Of a stretch of 48,882 bases of DNA, positions 38,101 through 47,150 are shown one piece after another. Within the stretch, counting starts at the first letter, position 1. Every line of letters begins with the position of its first letter. The notes under the pieces are model-generated. The model ran no database searches. It was not told where the DNA came from and saw only the letters and a list, made by a program, of their open reading frames with translations. The DNA comes from a virus (Duplodnaviria; Caudoviricetes): the IMG/VR virus record IMGVR_UViG_3300020449_000268, positions 1-48,882 of that record; one strand, written 5' to 3'. The position numbers were made by a program, and so were the translations under genes.

Positions 38101-40680
38101 TTAACCTACATCAAATTTAGTTGTTCCACTATCAAATGTGGTTTGTGTTTCATCAAACGTATCGCCTTGTAAAGCACCGATTTGTGCAGGGATTGTAAAG
38201 TTTGTTCTTATTTTTCTACCATCTTCGTTAGAAGTCATTAAAAATATTGCGCCTGAACCATCTAATGATGTTCTAGTACCTTGTACTTTTATACCACTTA
38301 ATACGGCAAATGTTATACCACTACTACTAGGTGTACCGTTCGCTGTAAGACCAAATGCAGTCTGTATCATTTTGTTTATTGTACCAAATCTAGGTCCTGC
38401 ATATGCAAAACCTTGTCTTACATTAACGTTGTTTATATCTCGTCTAACTCTACTTACATAATCTATTTCAAGTGGTTGTGTTTTGATAGTTACATCTCTA
38501 GTTGTTTTATCAAATTGTGTTATTGTATCTGTATCAAAATCAGCTGCTACAGCTGCTTTTGCATTTGCTCTTAAACTTGTGCCATCTGTTTCTGTACCCA
38601 ATCTACGACCAATAAGTTTTGAGTATAATCTTGTAATAACAGATTTTAAGATTGCTTCTACGCCAGAGTTTAATCCTGTTATTCTCTTAATCTGTGCATT
38701 TAATCTTGTCTGTACAGCAATCTCTCCTTGAAAGTAAAAACCAGATGAGTGTAAAGTTTTGACGTAACTATCTCTCCATTCATTAATTGATCTACCAACT
38801 TTTATAATGTATGAGTAGTCTTGGTATAATAAACTATCTTGTACCTTCATTGAGTTTTCAGATATCCAACCATCTTCGTTTATAAAAGCACCATCTGTAG
38901 TTACAACCGTACCTGTTGAAAGTGTACCTGTCGCTTGTTGTAATCTTAATGCAGTAAACGTAGCACCATTACTTGCTGTTATTGTTTCTCCTTCAACAAA
39001 TGATCCACTATGATTTTTTGCTTTTACAATTTGTAAAGTAGTATCTATTGAAACTATCTCAGCAGTAACACTACTAGTACCACCTGTAATTGTTTCACCT
39101 TCAGTTAAACCACCAGTAAGACCATTGAATAAAATGTATGTTGGTAATTTTATTGTTGGTGCAGGACTTGCTTGATAATTATAACCAGACTCAATAACTT
39201 TCATTGTTAATGCACGTCCTATTTCAGAACCATATGCTAATAGTTTTGCACCATTACCACCAGATGACGTAACCGTCACACTAGGTAAAGATGTATAACC
39301 ATTACCAAACTCAATCATTCTTATATCTGTTATATCTTCGTTACCTGAACCTGCTTCTTGTACAACTTTGTTACCAAAGAACTGATCGTTTTTACCAGTT
39401 TCATCTTCTAAAATTAATTGACCTGTACCTGTACCAGACTCTAATGTAACACCACCATTTACAACTGAAACTTTTGCAGTTGCATTTCCTGAACCAAAGT
39501 TTACGGTATCACCTACAGCGTAACCAGAACCACCTGTATCTACTAATACTTCTTGTATTGTACCAGGACCTATTGTACCTATTTTTACACTTGCACCTGA
39601 ACCACCTGCTGTTATCTCTACGGTATCATCTTCGTTATACAATGCACCATCATTTGTAATTGTTTTTTGATCTATGATACTTGAAACGGTTAATGATACT
39701 ATAACGTTTGAGTCTGTATTGTCTGTACCTGTTATTGTTTCACCAGCAATAAAAGTACCAGTAACAGAATCATCACCTACAATTAATTCGGTAACTTCTA
39801 CACCACCTATTAAAAATTTAAATACATCTTCTACAATGGCAGTTGCTTCATTTACACTAGCACTAGTAGGGTCATTTGCTTGTGTAATTGTTTGACCTAC
39901 AAGATTTGCGGCGTCCGAAGTGCCTAATGCTAAACAACGAATTATTTTTTTAGTATCCCATTTACCATCAGATACCCTTAACATTTCATCTTTTGGATAT
40001 CTTATTTCTGCAGCCTCATTTAAAAGTAATTTAAAAAATATTTCACTTGCACGTTTTGTACCTTTTGCTTGATACAATGATTTAATATTCTTTGTAAGAT
40101 TTCTTCTTTCTATACCTTCATGTATCTTATCAGGTACAGATGTTAAAAAAGCATTTCTAAAATTAGTTAAGAAACGTGCTATAGTTTTATCTACATCAGC
40201 GTAATCTAAAAGTTGTTGAATATTTTGAATTGGGTTTGCTGTATATCTGTTTATAGTTGCTTCAGCGCCTGATGATGAACCTGTTATTAATTCACCGTCA
40301 ATAAACTTATTATTATGTGTTACAAATAAACGAGCACCATCATCAACATCTTCTATTAGTATTGTTGTTGTTGCACCAGATGTAGCACCTGTGATTGTTT
40401 CGCCATTTATAAAATCACCATAACTAGTATCTTCTAAAAGTACATTATCACCATTATCATCTTTACTTACGTTTGTACCATCAATTACAATTTTACCTGC
40501 TGTTGTACCTTCTAATACTAGATGATCTGGATCGCCAATATTTGTTAATGTAATCTCAGCAGATTCCATCAACTGATAATATGCTTTTACAAAGTCTAAA
40601 AATAATGGGTGATCTTCAAGTACAAAATCAGGTACTTGTGAATTTATAAGGTTTGATATTTTATCGTAAAAGTTGGCCAT
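38101..40680 (-). CDS. gp7: Baseplate wedge initiator gp7-like
   Basis: Q.P.FV..DHP.F..F.KAYY, KNIK.LY.AKGT and QDS..YQDYSY.IK...H.SG. It follows gp6. Confidence 0.75.
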   Translation of the reverse strand: MANFYDKISNLINSQVPDFVLEDHPLFLDFVKAYYQLMESAEITLTNIGDPDHLVLEGTTAGKIVIDGTNVSKDDNGDNVLLEDTSYGDFINGETITGATSGATTTILIEDVDDGARLFVTHNNKFIDGELITGSSSGAEATINRYTANPIQNIQQLLDYADVDKTIARFLTNFRNAFLTSVPDKIHEGIERRNLTKNIKSLYQAKGTKRASEIFFKLLLNEAAEIRYPKDEMLRVSDGKWDTKKIIRCLALGTSDAANLVGQTITQANDPTSASVNEATAIVEDVFKFLIGGVEVTELIVGDDSVTGTFIAGETITGTDNTDSNVIVSLTVSSIIDQKTITNDGALYNEDDTVEITAGGSGASVKIGTIGPGTIQEVLVDTGGSGYAVGDTVNFGSGNATAKVSVVNGGVTLESGTGTGQLILEDETGKNDQFFGNKVVQEAGSGNEDITDIRMIEFGNGYTSLPSVTVTSSGGNGAKLLAYGSEIGRALTMKVIESGYNYQASPAPTIKLPTYILFNGLTGGLTEGETITGGTSSVTAEIVSIDTTLQIVKAKNHSGSFVEGETITASNGATFTALRLQQATGTLSTGTVVTTDGAFINEDGWISENSMKVQDSLLYQDYSYIIKVGRSINEWRDSYVKTLHSSGFYFQGEIAVQTRLNAQIKRITGLNSGVEAILKSVITRLYSKLIGRRLGTETDGTSLRANAKAAVAADFDTDTITQFDKTTRDVTIKTQPLEIDYVSRVRRDINNVNVRQGFAYAGPRFGTINKMIQTAFGLTANGTPSSSGITFAVLSGIKVQGTRTSLDGSGAIFLMTSNEDGRKIRTNFTIPAQIGALQGDTFDETQTTFDSGTTKFDVG

Positions 40681-40685
40681 TTCAT

Positions 40686-42545
40686 CTAATAACTACTAGT
40701 CGTGGTATATCCTATACCAGCGTTTGCTGAGCCTCCTACTAACGTATCAGACTCTACCGTAATTGAACTATTTGCAACATCAATATCTAATACTTGATTT
40801 CTTATAGGAACAACATCATTTGAGTCAGGTTTAACCGTAACTTCTATAACCGTAGAAGCTACACCTCTAACATTTTCTATATTAGAAACATTTAAAGAAT
40901 TTATCTCAACTTTACCTGTTGAGTAATCTATTGTACCTTGTGTGCTGTTTGCGTATGATCTAACAGAACCATCGTTTTTATATCTTCTCACATTACCTTG
41001 ACCGTCATCATCTAAAAAGAAAACGTCTGTAGTGTTGCCATCAATTTTAAATCCTGTTGATTCTAAAATACCACCAGAAGCAGAATTGTGACCTGAATGT
41101 GGATTGTATAATGCGTTTGCAAAGTTAATTGTATATTTTGTAGAACTGCCTATTGTTGGTACAAAAGACTTTCTCATTTTAATTGTAGTTATGTTAGATA
41201 AAATACTTGTGTCTGTATCATCAATCAAACCAGTTAGTTTTGAATATCTAAAAATTGTATCAAATGATTGTAAAGTAGTTGCGTTATATTCTGTTATGGT
41301 TGTAATAACGTTTGATTTGATTGTGTCAGCAGTTTTAGGTGTATTTGTGTCATCAAACTTAACGTTAGATGTAATTATTAAATCTGTTGTTTCAGGATCA
41401 ATAATAACTGGTGTAACTGAAGCAACTGAATATTTTTTTAAATCTTTTACTATTCTTTCTTTTGTAGCTTCTGTAAGATTAGAACCACTTGTTGGTAGTA
41501 TAGAAAGATAAACTCTACCGTAGAATGGAACATCATTATCTTCACCACCCCAAGCACTAACTGATTGTGTGTTAGCATAAAGTTGTTTTACTTTTGATTT
41601 GTAATCTTCTACCGTAACTGCTCTATCTTGTGACGCATAAAAACTAGGTGCATTAAATTTAATACTTTGTAAACTTTCAGGTTCAGCACCACCTTGTGCT
41701 GATGAATTAACGGTTGTAGTTATATCTGTAAAACCAGAAATAGAACCTGCTAATGTAAATGAAGTTGCACCATTAGCTTCTGTTTTATTAGTTACAACAT
41801 AACTTACATTAATTATATTACCATCTTCTAAAGATTTACCAATGATACCATCACCAAAGTATATTTCAAATTGACCGTCTTCAGCCTCTTGGCAGAAATA
41901 AACTTTTGATGTGCTATCTAATTCTGTTATTGAAGTTGCTTTTTTGTATGTGTTTTGTGTTACGTCCGATGTACTATTTTGTACAACAACTTTTATTGTA
42001 GTTGTATCTGCTCTATCACTCGGTATTAAAAATCTTTGGTCAATATCTGTACTATCATATGTGTAAGAATAAGTTACATATGTACCTTCGTAAACATCTA
42101 AACTTTGACAAGTGTAAACACCATCAATTGGTTGTACAACTTTATCTGATACTGAAACAAAAGCGTAAGTTAAGCCATCTATTGATGTAGTAAATTTTGT
42201 ACCTGCAGGAATTGTTATTGTTGATCCTGTACCATCGTTGATTACTAATTTTAAATCAGCGATTGGTGCTCTAGCAGAGTTTGGTGTGTAACCTACTAAT
42301 TTAGCCAATGACGCAACACTTGATCTTAATTGTGCTGTGTCCATAAACATTTCGTTTGCTACGAAATTTGTATTGTAAGCTAAATAGTGTGTGTTGTAAG
42401 CAAGTAGATCAAGCAATATTGCCATTGAACTACCTTCAAAGTTGTAATCTTTAAATTCGTTTTGATTTGATAAAAATCTTTTGAGTGAACCTTTTATATT
42501 CTCAAAATCTAATTCTGAAATTTCTAGTTTATGTTGTCTTGCCAT
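40686..42545 (-). CDS. gp6: Baseplate wedge subunit gp6
   Basis: LDF..IK.SL, DYNFEGS, LLAYNTHY, FGDG.IG, QDRAVT.EDY and AWGGE. Confidence 0.92.
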   Translation of the reverse strand: MARQHKLEISELDFENIKGSLKRFLSNQNEFKDYNFEGSSMAILLDLLAYNTHYLAYNTNFVANEMFMDTAQLRSSVASLAKLVGYTPNSARAPIADLKLVINDGTGSTITIPAGTKFTTSIDGLTYAFVSVSDKVVQPIDGVYTCQSLDVYEGTYVTYSYTYDSTDIDQRFLIPSDRADTTTIKVVVQNSTSDVTQNTYKKATSITELDSTSKVYFCQEAEDGQFEIYFGDGIIGKSLEDGNIINVSYVVTNKTEANGATSFTLAGSISGFTDITTTVNSSAQGGAEPESLQSIKFNAPSFYASQDRAVTVEDYKSKVKQLYANTQSVSAWGGEDNDVPFYGRVYLSILPTSGSNLTEATKERIVKDLKKYSVASVTPVIIDPETTDLIITSNVKFDDTNTPKTADTIKSNVITTITEYNATTLQSFDTIFRYSKLTGLIDDTDTSILSNITTIKMRKSFVPTIGSSTKYTINFANALYNPHSGHNSASGGILESTGFKIDGNTTDVFFLDDDGQGNVRRYKNDGSVRSYANSTQGTIDYSTGKVEINSLNVSNIENVRGVASTVIEVTVKPDSNDVVPIRNQVLDIDVANSSITVESDTLVGGSANAGIGYTTTSSY

Positions 42546-42546
42546 C

Positions 42547-42978
42547 TTATCTTACTCTTTGTAAAAATGTTGATACCGAAAGAGGTTCTTCTACGCCATT
42601 AATTAAAAATGAAACCATAATATCTAACCCATTATTTGTTTCATCTTCAGTAACAATAACATCTTCTACCGAAACTCTAGGTTCATATTTTTCAATTGCC
42701 ATAGCCACTCTATCTTTTATGAGTACCATAACAGGTTCAGTTAAATTCTCAAATAAGAACCCTCTTAAATTACAACCAAAGTCAGAATTAAAAGGTCTTT
42801 CGTATCTGTTTGTTAAGATTATATTCTTAACTGCTCTTTTTATGGCCTGAACATCAAATAACTTTGCAACATCTTTAGTTGCAGGATTTTTAGTAAAACT
42901 TAAATTCAAATCGCTGTAAATACGATTTGATCGTTTACTCTTATTCGTTGTCGTTGCGTCATAGTTTGAAAAGGCCAT
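42547..42978 (-). CDS. gp25: Baseplate wedge subunit gp25
   Basis: YSDLNLSF, AIKRAVKNIILT...ERPF...FG...LFE and YEPRV. Confidence 0.92.
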   Translation of the reverse strand: MAFSNYDATTTNKSKRSNRIYSDLNLSFTKNPATKDVAKLFDVQAIKRAVKNIILTNRYERPFNSDFGCNLRGFLFENLTEPVMVLIKDRVAMAIEKYEPRVSVEDVIVTEDETNNGLDIMVSFLINGVEEPLSVSTFLQRVR

Positions 42979-42983
42979 AGCAA

Positions 42984-42991
42984 TATTTATA
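42984..42991 (-). promoter_or_regulatory. T4-type late promoter TATAAATA
   Basis: tatttata separated from the gp25 ATG by 5 nt. Confidence 0.75.
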
Positions 42992-42996
42992 TGACT

Positions 42997-43296
42997 TTAC
43001 TGACCATTTACTAATACATTTAAAGAACCTGAAATCATTGCACCTGCGTCAGCACTATCTCCTACACGTCCCCAAGGTATACCACCTATTTTAACGTTAT
43101 CTGATCCTACATTTAAGTTTGCAACATGGGCAGGACACAACGGAGCAGGTGGAAAAGTGTGAGATACGGTAGGAGTGCCTTTTACAGCACCTGGAATTGC
43201 ATTTGCCTTAACCGTTCTTACTAATGAAGTTGATAAATTAGTGATTCCAGTACAAACATGACCTGTACTCAATGGATCACCTTCTCTAACTGCCAT
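42997..43296 (-). CDS. PAAR-like spike tip protein (gp5.4-like)
   Basis: R.GD...TGH.C, H...C..H, GS.NV.I.G...GRVGD and GS.NV.VNG. Confidence 0.85.
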   Translation of the reverse strand: MAVREGDPLSTGHVCTGITNLSTSLVRTVKANAIPGAVKGTPTVSHTFPPAPLCPAHVANLNVGSDNVKIGGIPWGRVGDSADAGAMISGSLNVLVNGQ

Positions 43297-43297
43297 A

Positions 43298-43561
43298 TTA
43301 CCCTCTTTGTCTTGCTTCTAACGCTGCTTTTCTTGCTAATCTTCTTTGTTCAATAATAATTGATTGGCGAATCTTTCTTCCTACTGGTATTTTTATCGAA
43401 TCTACGATTTTTTTGCCTTTTTTACTGATATATTCAACTCCAATAATTTTATCCTTGAAATCCCCTTGTACGGACATAGTGGCTTTCTTCAAACTCAAGG
43501 CTTCCTTCTCTTTTTCGTCACCCGATTCGTTCCAAAACTTAAAAATTCTCATTTTTTTCAT
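43298..43561 (-). CDS. Basic hypothetical protein
   Basis: Start re-called to MKKMRIF after a GAGGA RBS. It lies downstream of a late promoter. Confidence 0.6.
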   Translation of the reverse strand: MKKMRIFKFWNESGDEKEKEALSLKKATMSVQGDFKDKIIGVEYISKKGKKIVDSIKIPVGRKIRQSIIIEQRRLARKAALEARQRG

Positions 43562-43590
43562 AATTTCCTCATATTTTGATGTTTTTTTAC

Positions 43591-43598
43591 TATTTATA
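43591..43598 (-). promoter_or_regulatory. T4-type late promoter heading the baseplate operon
   Basis: tatttata in the divergent intergenic region. Confidence 0.75.
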
Positions 43599-43610
43599 AG
43601 GGTTTTTAGA

Positions 43611-43625
43611 GAACAAAATGAGAAC
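43611..43625. promoter_or_regulatory. Alphaproteobacterial LexA (SOS) box
   Basis: GAACAAAATGAGAAC is GAAC-N7-GAAC (reverse complement GTTCTCATTTTGTTC), and it is intergenic. Confidence 0.7.
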
Positions 43626-43651
43626 ATTTGCCATTTTTTTCCATTTTTTGC

Positions 43652-43680
43652 TTGATTTTTCAGTAAAAATACGGTATTAT
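43652..43680 (+). promoter_or_regulatory. Sigma70-like (early) promoter
   Basis: TTGATT-17 nt-TATTAT upstream of the + strand cassette. Confidence 0.6.
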
Positions 43681-43715
43681 GATAGTATATGAAAACAACA
43701 AAGGAAAAAAACACT

Positions 43716-43892
43716 ATGAATACAATATTTTCTATAACTACTATACTTTCGGCAATACTTGCCGTTGGTTTTATTGAAGATTGTGGCGGTCATTGTATGG
43801 GAAATGAGAACTGGACAATGTTTGCTGTAATGTTTACTTCAACTATCGTATTTGCTGTATTATCAGTAATGACTATGAAGGAGAATCAGTAA
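43716..43892 (+). CDS. Small two-helix membrane protein with a CxxxC loop
   Basis: AAGGA RBS then MNTIFS. Two hydrophobic stretches flank EDCGGHCMG. An alternative start lies at 43689. Confidence 0.6.
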   Translation: MNTIFSITTILSAILAVGFIEDCGGHCMGNENWTMFAVMFTSTIVFAVLSVMTMKENQ

Positions 43893-44122
43893 TGTATTAT
43901 ATTTCAGAACTACATATGGGTGGTCCTACACTAGATTACAAGTTAATGGACTCTACTGATTGTTGGGGACCTTATAAATCACTTTCAAAAGCAAGAAAAA
44001 TGTTTAAAGAAAAAGTATATAAAAATAAAAACTTAAACCATTGGGATTTTATGATTAGAGGACCTTATAGAACTAATAGATTAGGTCATAAAACAGAATG
44101 GTACAACGTAAAGAGTAAATAG
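43892..44122 (+). CDS. Hypothetical protein
   Basis: AGGAG RBS and TAATG coupling. Confidence 0.6.
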   Translation: MYYISELHMGGPTLDYKLMDSTDCWGPYKSLSKARKMFKEKVYKNKNLNHWDFMIRGPYRTNRLGHKTEWYNVKSK

Positions 44123-44123
44123 T

Positions 44124-45257
44124 ATGTTTAGACTTTGGTTATTTTTTGTTATATTACAATTTTTATTAAGTGTCGGTGTTGTATTTGCTAAAGATATTAA
44201 ATCATATTCTGAAATACCAGAAGACGCAAATCCTAATTATGAAGTATTAGAACATTATCTTAAAAAATATATTAGTTATTCTGATATAAAAAATAGACCT
44301 TATAAATTTACAATTACACCAAACAACCCAAAAGAATTAATCCTTGATTTAACCACAGATGAATATGTTATTAAACAATTAAATAAAACTTCTATGATAA
44401 GTTATTTAATGTATGAAGATGGTGAGATTGTTATAGATGAAATTACTCCTAAAGATAGATTCGGTCATTTATTTACTAATGAAACACTTTGGGTTTCTAA
44501 CTCTGCTGGTAAATCTATTATGTCATATGTTTATGGACATGCTGTTTGTAGAGGACATGTTGATGGTATACATCAAACTATGAATTGGGATATATTAGAA
44601 AATACATTATACGAAGGACAACCAATAATTAATATTTTAAACATGGCACCTGGTGATAAAAAAGTTAAAATAAAAAGAAACATCAATATGTCATCTTTAG
44701 AAAGTCTTTTAGAAACTGAATACAAAAATGTTAAGGCAACAAAAAGTAAATATAATTATAACAATGTAAATACAAATCTTATTGCTAGTTACCCTTTATA
44801 TAAAATGGGTCTTAATGAATATGAAAAAATGTTAAATGAAATTTTTGCTGATAAGATAGGAATTGAACATAACGTAGTATTCTATAAACCAAGAGAAGCA
44901 GGAGAAGATGAAGCTTCTGTAACTTACGGTATGCACATATCAAGGTATGATTATTTAAGAATTGCTATTGCAATGTTAAATGATTGGAATAATAATACTT
45001 GTGAAGGACAATATTTAAAATCTCTATACGAAAACAAGATAAAGAAAAATGAAGACTATAGAGATAAAAACGAAGCGTTTTCTAAACCTAAATATTATGC
45101 AGGTCAATTCCATACATTTAAAAACAAAAAAATATTTGTATTAGATGGTTATGGAGGTCAAACAATTTCAATTGACTTTGATAATAATACGATTATATCA
45201 ACACTTGCAATCCATAGAGATTTCAACTGGATGAAATTAGTACACTCTAAATTTTAA
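44124..45257 (+). CDS. Secreted beta-lactamase/PBP-like serine hydrolase (AmpC/NylB-like)
   Basis: Signal peptide, SxxK (SAGK), YxN (YNN) and DGYGGQ. Confidence 0.8.
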   Translation: MFRLWLFFVILQFLLSVGVVFAKDIKSYSEIPEDANPNYEVLEHYLKKYISYSDIKNRPYKFTITPNNPKELILDLTTDEYVIKQLNKTSMISYLMYEDGEIVIDEITPKDRFGHLFTNETLWVSNSAGKSIMSYVYGHAVCRGHVDGIHQTMNWDILENTLYEGQPIINILNMAPGDKKVKIKRNINMSSLESLLETEYKNVKATKSKYNYNNVNTNLIASYPLYKMGLNEYEKMLNEIFADKIGIEHNVVFYKPREAGEDEASVTYGMHISRYDYLRIAIAMLNDWNNNTCEGQYLKSLYENKIKKNEDYRDKNEAFSKPKYYAGQFHTFKNKKIFVLDGYGGQTISIDFDNNTIISTLAIHRDFNWMKLVHSKF

Positions 45258-45392
45258 TCTTTTACGTTTACGTTTCTTAACAACTTTTGGTTGTTCTTTC
45301 TTTTCAGGCAATATAGCACCTGTCGTAATATAGTGTAATGTTAAAGGACTATTAGGATCGTAATGTTCGTATTCGCTACGTTTTCTTTTCAC
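45237..45392 (-). CDS. Small basic hypothetical protein (51 aa)
   Basis: Hand-translated GTG-start ORF MKRKRSEYEHYDPNSPLTLHYITTG...; it fills the gap in the minus-strand run. Confidence 0.4.
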   Translation of the reverse strand: MKRKRSEYEHYDPNSPLTLHYITTGAILPEKKEQPKVVKKRKRKRLKFRVY

Positions 45393-45407
45393 GGAGTTTA
45401 TTTTTAT

Positions 45408-45629
45408 TTATACTTTTAAAACTCTATGAGCGAACCATTTTAGAAATCTTTTTATATGACCGTTTACGTATTTGTTGAAAAAGTACCTGATAAATCTTAC
45501 AAGTATTAATATCGGACTAGACAATACATCAAACGCAATAAGCCCTACATCTACAAATAGATCAATCCAATGATCTACGGTAGACCACTTCTTAAATTGT
45601 TGCCATTTGTTTTTAGTCCATTTAATCAT
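45408..45629 (-). CDS. Hypothetical membrane-associated protein
   Basis: 73-aa ORF with a central hydrophobic segment. Confidence 0.55.
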   Translation of the reverse strand: MIKWTKNKWQQFKKWSTVDHWIDLFVDVGLIAFDVLSSPILILVRFIRYFFNKYVNGHIKRFLKWFAHRVLKV

Positions 45630-45706
45630 TAATAACTGATTGGCCCAACACAGAATGCTAGTCCCAAAAACATAAGAATTAAAATTCCTGTAAAGTAGTA
45701 ATTCAT
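45629..45706 (-). CDS. 25-aa single-TM peptide
   Basis: Hand-translated MNYYFTGILILMFLGLAFCVGPISY with a GAGGT RBS, TAATG-coupled to the next gene. Confidence 0.5.
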   Translation of the reverse strand: MNYYFTGILILMFLGLAFCVGPISY

Positions 45707-45708
45707 AC

Positions 45709-45966
45709 CTACCTCGTTTTTAATAAGTGTTTTAATTTTTCGTACCAATATATACCACCATCTCGTAGTGACTCATTGGCCTCCCTTAATGTTTCAAGTT
45801 TCTTAACTAAATCTTTTAGTTGTTTTTTATCTAGTGTTTTTTTGCGTTCTACAATCTTCTCTAATTTACTTATAACATTGTCAATCTTTATACACGTCAA
45901 AGGAGGTACTTTAGGTGCCTTCTTCTTTAGAGAAGATATAGTAATTTTCTTTGGCTTTTTTGCCAT
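45709..45966 (-). CDS. Basic hypothetical protein
   Basis: AAGGAG RBS, Lys-rich, with KAPKVP..TC..ID and LR..N..LR motifs. Confidence 0.6.
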   Translation of the reverse strand: MAKKPKKITISSLKKKAPKVPPLTCIKIDNVISKLEKIVERKKTLDKKQLKDLVKKLETLREANESLRDGGIYWYEKLKHLLKTR

Positions 45967-46017
45967 ACTATTCTCCTTTTACAATGTTCGGAAATTAATA
46001 TAAGATTATGTTATTAA

Positions 46018-46032
46018 TATTTATAATAAATA
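46018..46032. promoter_or_regulatory. Divergent late promoter pair
   Basis: tatttat-a-ataaata gives TATAAATA on - (46018-46025) and AATAAATA on + (46025-46032). Confidence 0.65.
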
Positions 46033-46037
46033 GTCAA

Positions 46038-46823
46038 ATGAATGATGAAATTAAAAAGGCGATTGATATATGTAAACTTGCTCAACGTAATTATGATTTA
46101 AAAAAAAGATTACCTCATAATGATTTAGAAACATTAATTTACGTAGCGACAAATAGTCCCTCTAAACAAAATGAAACACATTTTAATTTAAGAGTATATA
46201 CTGATCCTGCTAGAATACAGGCCATATATGATAGAACAAAAAACTTTACGTTTTCTACAAACACTAGGACTGAAGAAATATTTACAACAACAGGTGTACA
46301 GAAAGATCAAAAGTATTCTGTAACTAATTCTCAAATAAAAGCAAACGTTGTATTTGTATATTGTGATGATACAAGAAACATACGTGGTGGCACGCACTTA
46401 ACAGCATTAAGAGAAGACGCAGGACCTATAGCCAAAGAAACACTATTTGAACAAAAGGCAATGTCAATAGGAATATCATCTGGTCAATTAGTTATGGCTG
46501 CAGCCTTACTAGGATATAAAACAGGTTATTGTAGTGCCTTTGAAAAGACAGGTAAAGATTCTGTACAGAATTTATTACAGACAGAATCAGAACCTAGACT
46601 AATTGTAGGTGTAGGTTATCCAGACCCTAATTTAACACGTAAACAACATCCTGATGTTTACAATAAAGATATAGGTATCAAAGAAGGTAAACATGGTAAA
46701 GATGATGAAAATTGGGTATACCCTAGTATGATAGAAGAAGATATGATAAAAGAAGCGTATTATAACTATCAAAAAATAGACGTATGGTTGAATGATGAGA
46801 AGGTTGACATTAACAAAATTTAA
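46038..46823 (+). CDS. Nitroreductase-family flavoprotein
   Basis: QRNYD, SPSKQN, SIGISSGQL..AA.LLG..TG.C and IVGVGYP. Confidence 0.8.
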   Translation: MNDEIKKAIDICKLAQRNYDLKKRLPHNDLETLIYVATNSPSKQNETHFNLRVYTDPARIQAIYDRTKNFTFSTNTRTEEIFTTTGVQKDQKYSVTNSQIKANVVFVYCDDTRNIRGGTHLTALREDAGPIAKETLFEQKAMSIGISSGQLVMAAALLGYKTGYCSAFEKTGKDSVQNLLQTESEPRLIVGVGYPDPNLTRKQHPDVYNKDIGIKEGKHGKDDENWVYPSMIEEDMIKEAYYNYQKIDVWLNDEKVDINKI

Positions 46824-46832
46824 TGATATAAT
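46804..46832 (+). promoter_or_regulatory. Perfect-consensus sigma70 promoter
   Basis: TTGACA (46804-46809), 17 nt, TATAAT (46827-46832), with an extended -10 TG. Confidence 0.7.
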
Positions 46833-47150
46833 ATGACTAAAGAGGTAAAAATAAAACCTAGGTGTTTGACGTTTCCTATGACAGATCCTGAACATATGCC
46901 AGCTGCATATACTTCAGATGGTTATATGTTACCTTGTTGTTGGTTAGATCAACCTGAACTAGATGATGATGTAAAAAAGATGGGATTAAGAAATGAAAAT
47001 CTTGCTTTAAAAAACAATAGTAAATTAGAAGATATATATTCTTCTAAAGAATGGACTAATTTTTTTGATATAGTAGTTAATAAACCAGAAAAGGCTATGA
47101 ACTATTGTCAATACAAATGTGGTAACGCAAAATGGATCCCAAAGACATAA
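46833..47150 (+). CDS. Stand-alone SPASM/twitch-like protein, copy 1
   Basis: PRC...DGYMLPCCWLD...LEDIYSS.EW...CQYKCG. Confidence 0.7.
   Translation: MTKEVKIKPRCLTFPMTDPEHMPAAYTSDGYMLPCCWLDQPELDDDVKKMGLRNENLALKNNSKLEDIYSSKEWTNFFDIVVNKPEKAMNYCQYKCGNAKWIPKT

Noticed and set aside
38101-40680. Repeated GETITG motifs in gp7 and the DUF4815 protein, with related variants in gp8, as a DNA repeat array or DGR
   Set aside because: These are degenerate protein-level domain repeats. There is no identical spaced DNA repeat, template/variable pair or reverse transcriptase.
46038-46823. Nitroreductase as BluB (B12 lower-ligand synthase)
   Set aside because: Tempting given the B12 genes, but it has SPSKQN rather than the BluB-type APSVG..QPW motif, and it is ~30 kb away.
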